Source: Blasia pusilla
Lineage: Eukaryota
Length of the DNA stretch: 64,000 bases
Direction: 5' to 3'
Assembly: GCA_050084515.1 (NCBI GenBank)
Contig: CM114271.1
Span: forward strand, 28,830,001-28,894,000
The translations under genes and the position numbers were made by a program. The notes under the pieces are model-generated. The model was not told the DNA's origin, ran no database searches, and saw only the letters and a list, made by a program, of their open reading frames with translations. Shown one piece after another: positions 34,746 through 47,882 of this stretch (position 1 is the first letter of the stretch; each line of letters opens with the position of its first letter).

Positions 34746-37700
34746 TATCATGACCATACGGATTATGTCGTAGAGTATAGTGTGCTAGTAGAGGCCATAC
34801 CTTATGTAGGGCTGTAGAGTCTAGGTAGAGATGCGATTTCATACATAGGGTTGGGGGTTACTCAATTGAGGGTGACTTTTCCAATAGGGCCCGCACTTAG
34901 GTTGGAGGATATAGTGTGGAGAGCACTCAAAGAACAGTTAGTTCTTTGAGTTGAGCCTGTTGCGTTGGGAGTTACCCTTGGTAGTGAGTAGAGCTCTTGG
35001 CTATGGTGGTTCCCGCAAGCTTCGACCTGGATTCTCCCATCGTGGAGTGGGTTTGGCTCGATTGTATGTGATTCTATACGTGTTTTATGACAGTAGATCT
35101 TTCACGGATTTCACTCAAGGAACTGGAGAAGATCGATGGTAGCTTCGATCGTGGATCAGTAGGATCTGGTTAGGGCTGATTGTGTACTCAGCCGTGGATG
35201 TTCGTGGCTTGTGGCCTATGTTGGAGGTGGGAATCTGGTGCGTGGTTGGTTGAAAAAGAAGCGCCTTGCTGAGAGCTTTCCAACGCGCTTTAGATCGTCG
35301 GATTTTGTCAAGGGAGTTGGAAGTCATCAAGGATTGAAGGTTCTAGTTCATGTTCGAAGGTTTTCTGATGTGGAGAGCTTGGAGTGCGGAAGCTGTGTTG
35401 AAGCTCATCCAGATCGGGTGAGAGGTTCCTATTGCTACCTGTATTGTGATCTCATGTGAAGCTATCTGCTTGAGTGTGTGGAGCGTTGCGTATTTCTGTG
35501 TGCATGAATCTCGGCGGAAGCGTTGTCGGATTTGCGATTCTGGAGGTGTGCGGAAAGCAAGTTTGTCTGATTTTTAGCTCGGAGTACAGAGCTGGGTTGT
35601 AGTTGTTTTTTGTGGAGAGATAGCTATGGTGGCCAATTGAATTTAGGTTGAAACAAATTCAATTTTGGTTGAGGATTTGTGGAGTAATTGCTGATCGAAA
35701 TTTTGCGGACTAGCTCAAGGTCTGGCTATGGTGGACAGCAGATCGGAGGGGCTGGTTGGTTGGTGATTTGTCCGTTGTTGGAGGCTTCGAGGCAACTCGT
35801 GGTAGATCGGGGCGAGTGGGCGTGAGAGCCCGAGTAAGGAGCAAGCAAGCAAGCTGCTTGCTTGGGCGTGAGGCAGTTTTTCCAAGATTTGTGAGTTGAG
35901 TGTTGCATAACTGGTCACCCATCTTTGGGCTATTCTACCTGGAAGACGCTTATCTGCTGAGTTCTTAACTATGCCAGTGTACACACTGGTGTAGCTCATT
36001 TGATGTTTTTTGGAGATGTGTTAGGCACTTTATGCATCTTGGGTTTTCGGTTGATGGACCTCTAGCGCATAGTACGGTGTAGCCTCTCCATGAAGGTGAT
36101 ATTTTCAAGGCCTGTAAGTGCGACTAGCGCGTCATCGACCAGCGGCCGAGTAGCTATTGCGTTAGAATTTTGTGGTGGATTTTGTGGATTCAAGGGGCGC
36201 CACGTTTGGTGGATTTTGTTACCTTGATTTCCATTTGCGATTGGAGGGTTGTCATTGGATTTCCTGTATTTGGATCCCCTCCATCGTTGCTTCTTGCTTG
36301 CGCGCCCATTGTTAGGGTTGACATTGATTTCCTGAGTAGTGTTACTCCTGTGTGCTACCGATAGTGAGGCTGGAGTGATGACCAGTAGACCGTGGGAGGC
36401 TTCTTGTGGCGATGATAGGTTAGGTTTCCTACACCCATAGCTAGTAAAGCTAGAATAATACAGCGACATCGACGTCACTTGGTTACTTAGTGGTGGTGAT
36501 TTGGTGGTGGTGCGGCATCGGCGTTGGTCATCACGGAGCTGTCTGTTGGTCTAGTTGGGGACCGTGGTGCGGACAATGGTGGTCTTACACGGAGTGGATT
36601 GAGGTATCGGCTACCTTTTCCACTTCCGACTGGGTGTAGGCAACCTAACGTGTCCTCCTCGTCCTCCTCTTCACTTGGTGTTCCAAACACCGAGTCTTCT
36701 ACGTTGTTATTGAGTGTTGCAGCTCCATTGATTTGGGACATGGACGGGATATATGGGGCCATGAAGGGCCCACGATGATACTCGGGTGCAGTGGGCACCA
36801 TTGAGTTTCAGGACTTCATTCAAGAGTTTGATACGTGGTGTGATATGCAGATGTTGCGGAACGCCATATTGTTTACATCCTTCTTGGCTTGGAAGGGGTT
36901 ATTTCAGCACTTGGAGGGACCACCCATGGATGATTACCATGAGTTTAGGAAGGACCATGTTGCTGAGATTGAGGCGTGGGGACAATATTGGTCTCCAGGC
37001 TATGTGTCTATCACCCATGGTGGTATTGGTAGTAGTGCTCCTACTTTGCCAACCAGCCCGACGTTGAGTGGTACGAGTACGAGCAGGAGTGGGGGTACCA
37101 ATGGAGATACCCATGGAGATTCTAGTGGAGGTACCAGTGCCCCACCATCGTTCAGCCCGGTTGCAAGTTCTTCAAGAGGTTGAAGAAGAACTATCAGGGA
37201 GTGAAGATAGAGAAGTTGAGGAGTCTTCAGGAATTTGAGCGAAAGACTGGTGAGAGTCTTCGTGAGGCATACACTCGTAAGCGACCCTTGATTTCAATTA
37301 CCCAGGGTGTGACTAAGGCTCAGGTAGTCCAGTTTTGGTATGGGATCTTGGACAGAGAGTTGCGCTGCAGGGTACGTGATGCTACTCTTATGAGTGATAA
37401 TTCACCCACATTGACCCATGTATTTGCTCTATCTGAGAAGATTGAGCTTAATATGGTGGAGGAGAGAGTGGTGACATCTGCATTCAGTAGGGATACAACT
37501 ACTACTTCTCGTGTTCAACAGTATACCTCACAGTCTCATAGTAGTGGTGGTGGTAGTAGTAGTGGGAGTCGTGGGGGGTACACACGACCTCAATCAGGTC
37601 CTAGAGGGACACTTGCGCAGAGACCATTTCCTTCAGTTGCTGCCCCGCAGCAAGGACAGTCATGTTGGACATGTGGAAGTGATCATGTTAGGAGGTTTTT

Positions 37701-40700
37701 TCCCCAAGAGGATGGGAGACGGACTTTGGAGGATGGGCTTCAGTCGGCCCCAACTCAGTGTGATCATTGCGGGAGACCATGTCATCCTCGAGAGCGTTGC
37801 TTTGATAGTAGACACGGATGCAGCATCCACTGCAGTATTGCGGATGGCAACTTCAGTGTTGGGATCTCCATTGTTTTCAACCACGGAGCTGATGGCTTTA
37901 GGAGTTGACTTAGCTCCTGTATTTCAGCTAGCAGGCACGTTGTGTGAACGTGGGGGTGTTACTGCTACACATGTTGAGGTGGATGAGGGTGTTGCAGTGG
38001 AGCGACCCTCTATGTCAGGTATAGCATTGAGTACCAGTGCTACTTGTCAGGCAGCAGCGGCGAAGATGGATGCATTACCATCCCGGCCAGCCATTGATCG
38101 TGAGAGGCTTACACCTCGTGTATGTATAATGAACAACCGGAGTGGGATATTCCGATTGGTGAGTCCTACAGGACATGTGTATAGACCAGATAGAGTCTTG
38201 TTAGACTCTGGTGCCCAACCTTTGATGTTGGGAAAGGCGGCATGTATTGGTTTGGGTATTCGGAGGTCAGAGCTTGAGCCTTACTATCGCGACCCTCATG
38301 ACCAAATGAGTGCCAAGCGGAACATTGGAACATTAGCGGGCTCACGCTAAGATGGTTTGCGCGTTGGAGTAGTCTCAAAGAGGAGACAAGAGACGAGACG
38401 CGAGCGAGGCTTCGCGATTCAGATGTTGTGGTCGCGACCAAGAAACCTAGACCAAACGCGGAATGAGACTTGAAAGAAGTCGAGTCTAGAATCCGGATTG
38501 GAACGCCACTAGCGTTTGAGAGTTTCCGACTGTATTTATAACCATAACTTTAGCGCCAAGATGCGTTTGGATTAAATAAGGGTGTGTTGGAAAGCTTATG
38601 GAAAGCCGGTTCAAATGCACTAAAGATCTATGCAAACGCATAAGCAGCGGCTGAGAAACAACCCGGAAACGACTATAAGTGGAGTCGGGTTGAGGGCCAC
38701 AATGAAGGGCCAGACCCTCCTTTTCCAAAGGGGGGCCTACTGGAGAACCCCAGAAGTACTAGTAAGGGGGAAGGTCTCCGAGAGTGCTTGGAACCCGAAC
38801 CCCACTTTGGGCGCCGCGGGGCGGCTCAAGGGCATGGAACGGAACGCAAGTTTGGGAGTTGGGTTGGAAAACCTGAACCAAGTCCATGAAGGCGATTTTA
38901 GACATCCCTCTTGGATTTCACACCGCGACTTAATTACTTGGGTCTCTGTTTGGAGCTCACACGAGGTCCGTTGAATAGTTGGGATCGCTAGGCGCGCAAG
39001 TGCCGTTTCAGATCCCTGGACTAACCAGAAAGTCTGTTCCAAGTCTTGAAGGACTTGCCATGTTTTGGAAACTAGGAATTAAGGAAGGTTGAGCTTGATG
39101 AGACGCCGAGTTGAGAACTTGGTGGGTTGGAACGCTGGTTGGCCCAGACCGGACTAACGAGAGTGCGTGTTTGGGTGCAGATCGGCGATGAGATCGTGAC
39201 CTACTGAACGCACGCTTCCGCAACACTAAAGATTGACGTTAGGGGCGCGACACTTGCCCATTCCAGATTCAAACATCACTTGGAGGAGCCAATGATAGGT
39301 CTCAATTCATGACACGAGAGAAGTTGTCTGTAGAGTTGAGACCAGATCATGCGAGTGATAGCTCCCGGTTGGGAGTATCTGCAGTGGTCACATCAGCCGA
39401 GTCGTATGATGTACTAGTTGGAGGAGCAGTATTGTACCCGATGGGTTTTCAGATGGACTACTGGACTGAGGCAAGGTCTTATCGACCTTGCATAAGACAT
39501 TTTATTGGCAGTCCGGAGATGGACGTATGAGCCAGGTTCCTGTGAGATTTATTTATGGGGCTCGACCAGGAGGGTCTTCCCCAACGGTGTTAGCATCTAT
39601 GGTTGGTTTTAGTGGAGTAGTCACTTGGCCAGGAGACTTTTTGGAGGGTAATGTTTCTGCTATGGATTCTCCTGTGCATGAGGAGGTAGAGGAGGTCCCT
39701 TGTTTTGCAACAGTGGCATCTTCATCGTTGGATGTGTCACTTTGGAGTTTAGGCGGTGCACTACGGCAAGAGGCTGATCGCCTAGTGCAGGAGGCTTGGT
39801 GTGAGGCTGTTATATATACCTCACGAGGAAGAGAAGGCTCCACAGCAGACTCCTACTTCTGGTCCAGTTGGGTTATCCCCTTTGGATACTACACCCATTG
39901 TATGGCAATATCCGCCGGAGGGCATTTGTGTGTTAGATCTCTTTGGTGGGATTAGCACTGGTTTGGTTGCAATGTTGCAGGCCGGTATTCCTGTGCGGAG
40001 ATACATGTATGTGGAGGGAGATGAGACGGCCCAAAAAATCTCATCCCAACATATTGGTCAGTTGATGCGGAGATATCCTGAGTTGTTGCCGCCATCAGCT
40101 ATTCGTGGGTACCAGCGTGCTTTGCCGTCACACATTGATAGTATCTTGGATACTGGACGACTTTCTCACGTGGTGAGGGTTATTGATCGATCACCCATGG
40201 CAGTGGTGAACCATGTGGGCCAGCCTAGGATGGCACTAACCCGATATTTGTGAGTTTTCCCTTGTCACATGCCTACAGAGAAAGTGGTCCCGAGCTTGTA
40301 TGGGATTCTCATGTGCGACAGTTGGTGGAGCCTAACATTGATGAGAGAAAGCGTGCGATGGGATTTGCTACTGGCGTGACAGGGGTTCCTTCCATTTCTG
40401 AGGCTTCACGACGTCATGTGTTGGGTTAGGCCATGGACCTGGATTTTGAGTCTCGGGATGGCCGAGCAACGTCGACTTCGGACTTTGTCTATGGATCTTC
40501 CACCCCTTATGATGAGCTCCATGGCTACCTGGACGGTAGAGATATCAGTTGGGGGCAAGGAGAATAGTATTTTGCATCCTTGGAGTAAATTGGATGCATT
40601 TTGGGGTGTCAACTCTTATGGCAAGGATTTTTTGTACTAGTGGAAATTCGTACCCTTTGGGTTGAAGAATGCATCTGCCGAGTTTCAGAGAGTGATGGAC

Positions 40701-43460
40701 AGGATCCTAGCAGGGTTGGATTTTGTTCGGTGTTACATCAATGATATCTTGATATTCAGTAACACAGTGGAGGAGCATCAGATACATTTGAAGATTGTGT
40801 TTGAGCGCTTGAAAGCTCATGGTCTACGTTTGCATCCAGGAAAGTGTAAGTTCTTCCATGAGGATGTTGAGTACTTGGGTCATGTGATCTATCCAGGTGG
40901 TTTGGGAGTTCAGCAAGCAAAGGTGGAGGCTATTGCACTTATTCCTCGTCCAGTAGATGTGAGTAGAGTTCGGGCATTCATGGGATTGGCGAACTACTAT
41001 CAGAGGTATATGAAGGGATTTAGTGCTATGGCAAAGCCTTTGAACCAATTTCTGAAATTAGATCAGGAGTGGCACTGGGAGATGATCAAGAGAGAGCTTT
41101 TGTGGAGCTGAAGGCCCAGTTGGTGACGACACCTATCTTGAGGAGACCTATCAGAGGGCGCCCATTTCAGTTACACACTGATTGGAGTAGGTTGGGACTT
41201 GGAGCGGTGTTGACACAACATGATGACGAGCACATGGAGTTTGTGGTGGCCTATGCCAGTCGTTCAAATAATGCAGCGGAGTCGCACTATAGTTCATATG
41301 AGGGAGAGTGCTTGGAAGTAGTGTGGGCTATGGCACACTTTAGGTGTTACTTGTTTGGCACACATTTTACCCTTGTTACTGATCACCAGCCGCTCAAGTG
41401 GTTGATGGAGTCTGACAAGCTTACATGGAAGCTTGCACGGTGGGCTCTTATCTTACAAGAGTATGACTTCCAGGTGGTACATAGACCTGGAGTTGCCAAC
41501 CTTGATGCTGATGGGTTGAGTAGGAACCCATGTACTAGCCAAGAGGATGCAACTTGGGCTAGATGGTATGGCGAGGTTGATGAGGAGATGGTACGAGGTT
41601 GGCATGCATTTGCCTTTTTATGTTGGTTAGGGGTGGACTCTAGTATGGAGGACCACATGACATTTTACTCTAGTCAGAGGGTAGATGGTCAGCCTTCAGA
41701 TCCTAAGGTTGGAGATGGTGGTAGGGATGAGCGTGATATTCATGATGATACGTTGGTGTTGGAGTTCCTACGGACCAATAGGATGCCAAGCATAGTGAGT
41801 GCCAAGGAGCGGGACCGTGTTCTTCAACGTGCTAAGAGGTATCGATTGGAGGGAACACATATTCTCCGTGTGTGGGAGGATGGTAGAGTACGAGTAGTGC
41901 CGCATTTGGCTCAGAGAGAGCGCATTGTGCGACATGCCCATGAGGAGTTGGGACATTTTGGGGTAAAGCGTACGTATAGCTTACTCTTTGGTCAATATTG
42001 GTGGCATGGCATGCATACTCAGGTGCAGCAGTTGGTGTCAAGTTGTATGGTTTGTGATTGGGTGAGGGCATCATTCAATGCCCCTAAACCACAATTACAC
42101 CCCTTGCCTATTATGGGGTTGGATTACCGTTGGAGTGTGGACTTTGGGGGGCCGTTACCGTTGATTGTACGACATCATCGATATGTGTTGGTGATGGTAG
42201 AGCACTTCTCCAAGTGGATTGAGTTGGTGGCATTACCTGACAAGGCAAGTGAGGGAATGGCATATGCATTTCTTGATAGAGTGCTTAGTCATTTTGGTGC
42301 ACCAACTGAAGTGCTGACCGACCAAGGTACAGAGTTTCAGGGTGAGTTTCAGGTCTTGTGTGACAAGGCATTGATTGATCATCGGATCACGTCTCGAGAT
42401 CATCTAGAGGCAGATGGTTTGGCTGAGCGTGTGGTTCAGACGGTGAAGAGGTCATTGCGTAAGTATGGCCTACAGAAGGGGCATCTTGGAGACTAGGATA
42501 TTCAGTTGCCATGGTTAGCCATGGGGTATAGATTCAGTCGCCAAGCATCCTTGGCTTCCTTCTCACCTCATTTTTTGTTATACGCCCGAGATCCAGACTT
42601 GCCAACAGCAATTCGTTGGGAGTCTAGTGAGGTGGTGAACCTTGATGACCCAGAGATGTGGATGAGAGTGTGTTCTCAGCGAGCAGAGCTCTTTCGGAGA
42701 GTTATGCCAACAGCCTTTAAGAATCTTGCCATTGCTCAACACAAAGATACGTTGCGGTATGCAACCATTCGAGGTGGAGGTTATCGACCATCGATTTGTA
42801 GGTTCCATGTGGGGGACTATGTCTATTTGCAGCAGATTGCACCGACAACGTTGGATGTGACGGCAGGCCGCACTATTTTACGAGTGCGCGAGGTGTTACC
42901 TTCTAGAGTTCTCATGTTGGAGGGTCGTGATGGAGTTTTTTGGAAGGACCATGTGCGTAATTGTGCGCCATGTCATCTTCCAAATATGGATGGTACTGCT
43001 GATCCAAGCTTAGCCATGATACGTGCTAGCTTGAGGTGTATGTTGTGTGGGTCTGCTGGTAACGCAGCCCGTATGTTGGTGTGAGATCGGTGTTCTAGGG
43101 GTTGGCACATTATGTGTTTAACTCCACGTATGGATGTTGTTCCTACTGGAAGGTGGGTTTGTCCTCGATGTACTTAGGAGAGATAGATGACTTGATCTTT
43201 GTATGATATGGATTACAGATGTGCGACTAACGATGGGGCAACCTAGCACCCGGCCTTCTGATTCGTGCACCCACGAAGGTGTATAGCATATAGTAGATGT
43301 ATAGGGCTACCTAGGAGTTAGAGGGACCTAATCGCTAATTAGGGGGGCGAGTTGTGGTACACTTGTGTTTGTGGATGCTCTCGTCTATGTTATGTATGTA
43401 TGTATGTGAGTATGGTATGTCAGCGATGTATGTTGTATGACGATGTGGATTCGCACGACA
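34746..43460 (+). mobile_element. DNMT/PHD gypsy-like element copy 2 (A..gag-pol..PPT-B only), with internal deletions
   Basis: Gag GTIEFQDFIQEF.., protease LLDSGAQ, MTase motifs I, IX and X, partial RT, RNaseH, integrase, PHD (43036-43171), PPT 43341-43347. Termini are TATCATG (decayed TGTCGTG) and ..GCACGACA; 4-bp TSD CCCC/TCCC. Confidence 0.88.
38285..39252 (+). mobile_element. Solo LTR inserted in the protease region of copy 2
   Basis: Termini TATCGCGACCC...GGGGCGCGACA; 5-bp TSD CTTAC/CTTGC. Removing it restores ..SELEP-CPFQIQTSLGG. Confidence 0.85.
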
Positions 43461-43755
43461 TCCCAAATGCTAGTTGCATTCCAATTCTGGTTCTCACCTC
43501 TTTGGCTATCAAACTTCTTAGACTTGACTCATCTCAAGTCTTGGTTCACGTTTGGTCGAGGTTTCCTAGTCGCGACCATAAACGCATGAAACATACAAAC
43601 TCTATTCGTACGTTTTGTCACTTGGACTCTTCCAAGAGACCTCTCCAAAGCCCAACCATCTATCCTAGCGTGAGCCCGCTAAAGTTCTAGTGTTCCGCTT
43701 GGCATTCGTTTGGTTATGAGGGTCGCAACACATTCCCTCTCCCAAACTCTCTCCT
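43461..43755 (-). mobile_element. 5' portion of the split LTR (43461-43730) plus its PPT (~43731-43755)
   Basis: Reverse complement of the start of the solo LTR (..gagggtcgcaaca). On the minus strand it is preceded by the purine tract ggagagagtttgggagagggaatg. Confidence 0.75.
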
Positions 43756-44004
43756 AGATAACTTGACCGTCTTTGCTCTTAACATGAAAACAAGGACCTC
43801 TTCCCAAAATGGGAAATCAACTATATTCATAATAAGAAGATACCACAAAATCGTAAATTCCTTCATATATCTCCAAATAATCCAAAACAAAAGGGAAACA
43901 TGGTCTTTCAAGTTACTCGAGGCGTAAGCGAATCATGCTAGATCTCTTTGCATTTGAAGGTGCCCTACGAATACTGGTTGATTCATCATAAAGGATGTTA
44001 CACT

Positions 44005-45585
44005 TATCGTGCGCATGTATGTTGTGCAAAATAGAAATCATTTCCAACATCCATCGGCTATCATGCACACAAGTCTAAGATCCATCTAACTATGAATCCT
44101 AACATATTCTCTACACATGAACAACTAGACAATCCCAATGTAAAATGCGACATTGATGAACTTTGCAATCAACTTTGCTTCATCCAAACATCCATTCAAC
44201 AATACACAGTACGATAATAGTAAGAGAAAGTATGCAATAAACTCTCAATGAGTGAAATCTACGATCAATCCTAACCCACTCTTCAAGAGAGAATCCAAGA
44301 TCAATATATGTAATTTGCGCTGCATCATAGATCCCAACATGGGTTCGATCCAAGGAAGATGAGATCTGAATGAGCTTCATCTGAGATATATCCTCGTGGA
44401 CACCTCCATGAGTGGTCTATATACATAGGTAGGCTCCTCCTAGCATGTCATCAATAATATGTAGTAGACAAGGTACTAACTCCCTAACAACTACACACGT
44501 GGTCTTGTCATAACACTAGCTACTACTCAACTACCAACTAGGCCTCGACCTTATAGATCCAATTAAGTGGCTCCACACAAACGATGAGAGGGTCAACCTC
44601 TTCAAGGTTGCCACTCCTCATAAAGGGAAGGATGACTTACGCTCATCGGTCACCTCCTAAGAGAAGGTCACATATGACCTCTCAAAATAAGGAAGTACAA
44701 GACCCCACTAATGCCTCGATACTATCTTGCCCTACATCTACCATGATAATTATCATATGAATACACATCGCTACCAACATACATCGGTTTTCATGCACAT
44801 GAGTCTAACATCCATCTAACTATGAATCCTAACATATCTACACATGAATAACTGGACAACCCAAATCCCCCCCTAGCTGATGGTAAGGTTCCTCTAACTC
44901 CAAATAGCCTACAAAATAAGTCTAAATATATATCATGCACCTTTTCGGTGGTAAGATCATGAGGCCGAGTGCTATGTCGCTCCATCGTTAGTCATATTCC
45001 TACAATCCATAACATGAAGAGTCATCTTGTAATCTATCTATCACACCTATGTATATTTGGGACAAAGCCAACATCCTTGAAGAACCAAGTAAAGGACGTT
45101 GAACTAGTATAGTCCTTGAACCACGCATAGTTGCATACCTCAGAGTATTGCGATGTTATACGAATCATACAATAATCAGGTTCCCAAATGCCTTATGCAT
45201 GACTCTTTGAAAGATCTCAGCCCACCGAGAACATGCTCGCACCCACATGTCTAGATTGTCAAGGTCAAGTACCTCAACTACATCTTGTCAAATAGCTGAT
45301 AGTATATCTGGCTCTCTCCCATAGAAAGGTGAAAATCTTGCTAAAGGTGCTTGCCAACTAGAGCAATAACCCATCACCAACCACAGCGATTGTAGGTCCT
45401 GATCTTCTGAGTGTCCTCTACAACCCATACGCGGAATCCTCTCTTTACCGTCTTCACAACTCTCTCTACCAAACCATTTTCCTCTAGATAATCTCAAGAA
45501 GCCGTATGATGATCTATTAGTTTTTTATCACATAAGGCTGAAACTCAGCCCTAAACTGAGTACCCAAGTCTGTCAACACCTTCGT
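44005..45585 (-). mobile_element. 3' end of a divergent family member (copy 3): integrase/PHD remnant, PPT, B1-AT-A2-B2
   Basis: Minus-strand remnants EVLTD, HRNTLRYAT, W.CPK. PPT G-run at 44867-44873; B1 44866-44751; spacer AT; A2 44748-44139; B2 44138-44005. Confidence 0.75.
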
Positions 45586-47301
45586 TGACACGCCGATCTT
45601 CCGACGACCCTATAGGTACAGTGATATGGGGAGGGCTCTGATTCAGAGTAGGAGCTAGGACTTGGTTGGAGCAGGACTAGTAGAGATATCGCATAGAGAT
45701 TATGCATCTTCCACTGTCATGCCCTCCAAGAAGGATGTACATGGCTACTCGACGGACAGACGGATGTGTGGAGATTACCGACCTATCAATCGGTAGACAA
45801 AGTCCGATAGGTATGCCCTGAGGAGATCTTTGATGCTATTAGGCATGCAAAAGTCTTCAGTTCGTTAGATCTTTGAGCCAAATACTATCAACTACCTATT
45901 TGATTGGAGGATAGACATAAGACGGCATTTTGGGGCATCGATCCTCACGAGAACGATTGCTTGTACCATTGGCGGTTCTTACCATTTGGGTTAAAGAATG
46001 CCCCGGTTGAGTTTTAGAGGGTCATGGATAGGATCTTGGCAGGTCTGGATTTTGCTAGGTGTTATATTGATGACATCGTAGTCTTTATCGCCACGATTGA
46101 GGAGCATGAACGACATCTAGAGGAGATTTTTCGACGATTGCAGTAACATGGGCTGAAGCTACATCCAGGCAAGTACAAGTTCTTCTATGACCAGATTGAG
46201 TACCTAGGTCATACCATATACCCAGGTGGTCTTGGTCTGCAGCGGACAAAGATAGAGGCTATTTCACGTATTCCATGCCCTACACATGTGAGTCAAGTTC
46301 GTGCATTCATGGGATTGGCGACCTTGTATCTACGGTACGTGATAGGTTTCAGTTAGATTGCGAACCCGCTAACCTTGCTGACCAAGGTGGATCAAGAGTG
46401 CCACTGGGAGGTTGAGCAAGAGAGAACATTTCAGTTGCTCAAGGACATATTGACGTCCGCACCCATACTGAGGAGACCGATCAGGGGCGTCCTTTCCAAT
46501 TGCATACCGGTTGGAGCATGTTGGGGCTTGGAGCCGTGCTCACCCAACATGACTATGATGGTAGACACTTGGTGGTAGCTTATGCTAGTTGCTCGAACAA
46601 TGTTGTAGAGGCAAAGTATAGCTCATATGAGGGTGAGTGCTTGGCTGTAGTGTGGGTTGTTGCACATTTTAGGTGTTATCTATTCGGAAACCCCTTTACC
46701 ATTATTGCTGATCATCAGCCACTAAAGTGGTTGATGGAGTCTGACAAGCTTACAGGAAAGCTTGCGAGGTGGGCTCTTTTGTTGCAGGAGTATGATTTCT
46801 AGGTGATGCATAGATGTGGGAAGCTCAACCAAGATGCAGATGGTTTGAGCCGTAACCCATGCCCGAGTCACCGAGATGGGACTAGAGCTCGATGGCATGG
46901 AGAGAGTGATGAGGAGTTGATGCTAGGATGGCGCACGTCAGCCTATTAAGGCTTGTTGGCTATGGAGAGCCAGATTGCTGAGACTTCGATAGCGAGGTCT
47001 GATGGAGAGTCCTTAGATCTAGAGGTCGGTGAGGAGACAACCGATGGCCGAGATATTCACGACGACGGAGTAGTCTTGGAGTACCTGCGTACTTGCAACG
47101 TCGCGAGCACAGTGGGTGCTAGAGACCGAGATCAGATCCTATAGCGAGTCAGAGAGTTTGGGTGGGAGGAGACACATGTGTTGCGAGTGTGGGAGGATGG
47201 TAGAGTACGTGTAGTGCCTCATCCTTCACAGAGAGCACGTTTGGTGCGTCATGCCCATGAGGAGTTGGGGCATTTTGGAGTAAAGCGGACATATAGCTTG
47301 T
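45586..47301 (+). pseudogene. RT-RNaseH-partial integrase fragment closely similar to copy 1
   Basis: Colinear with ~12775-14490 (TPIFRRPY.., YIDD, YSSYEGEC, HAHEELGHFG). Confidence 0.85.
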
Positions 47302-47882
47302 TGTCGTACCAATACACATCACTGCCAACATTCATCGGCTGTCATGCACACACATGTCTAAGATCCATCTAGCTATGAATCCTAACATCTCTACACATTA
47401 ACAACTTAACAACCCCAATATAAAGTTGAATACGCACTGTAAGCTCTTATGAAATCTGCAATCAAGTGTGCTTCATCCAAACATCCATACTCATGATTCA
47501 GATATACATTGGTGTAACAACAAGAGAAAGTATACACAAGGATTCCCAAAATGTGTGATCTCCTTATTGATCACTCCTAGCCCACTCTTCAAGAGAGAAT
47601 CGAGGCTCAATACATGCAAGCCGCGTTGTATCACGGATCCCAACAAGGGTATGCAATCATAAGGAGATGAGCTCCAAATGAGCCTCATCCAAGGTATATC
47701 CCCTTGGGCACCTCCATGAATGACTTGTACACATAGGTCACTACCAACCTATAGTACACACATACTAACTTCCTAACAATTACATATGTGGTCCCTTCAT
47801 GGGACCAACTACGAACTAACCCACGACCCTATAGGTCCAAGTGGAGCCATACATGGCTGGGAAGGTCAACCTCTCCAAGGCT
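47302..47882 (-). repeat. Isolated A-B terminal unit (B 47418-47302, truncated A) related to copy 3
   Basis: Direct-repeat similarity to 44005-44610. The terminus ..GGTACGACA (minus strand) truncates the integrase fragment. Confidence 0.7.

Noticed and set aside
34766-34775. TGTCGTAG as the left terminus of copy 2
   Set aside because: Host-LTR homology stops at 34745, and only a start at 34746 gives a matching TSD.
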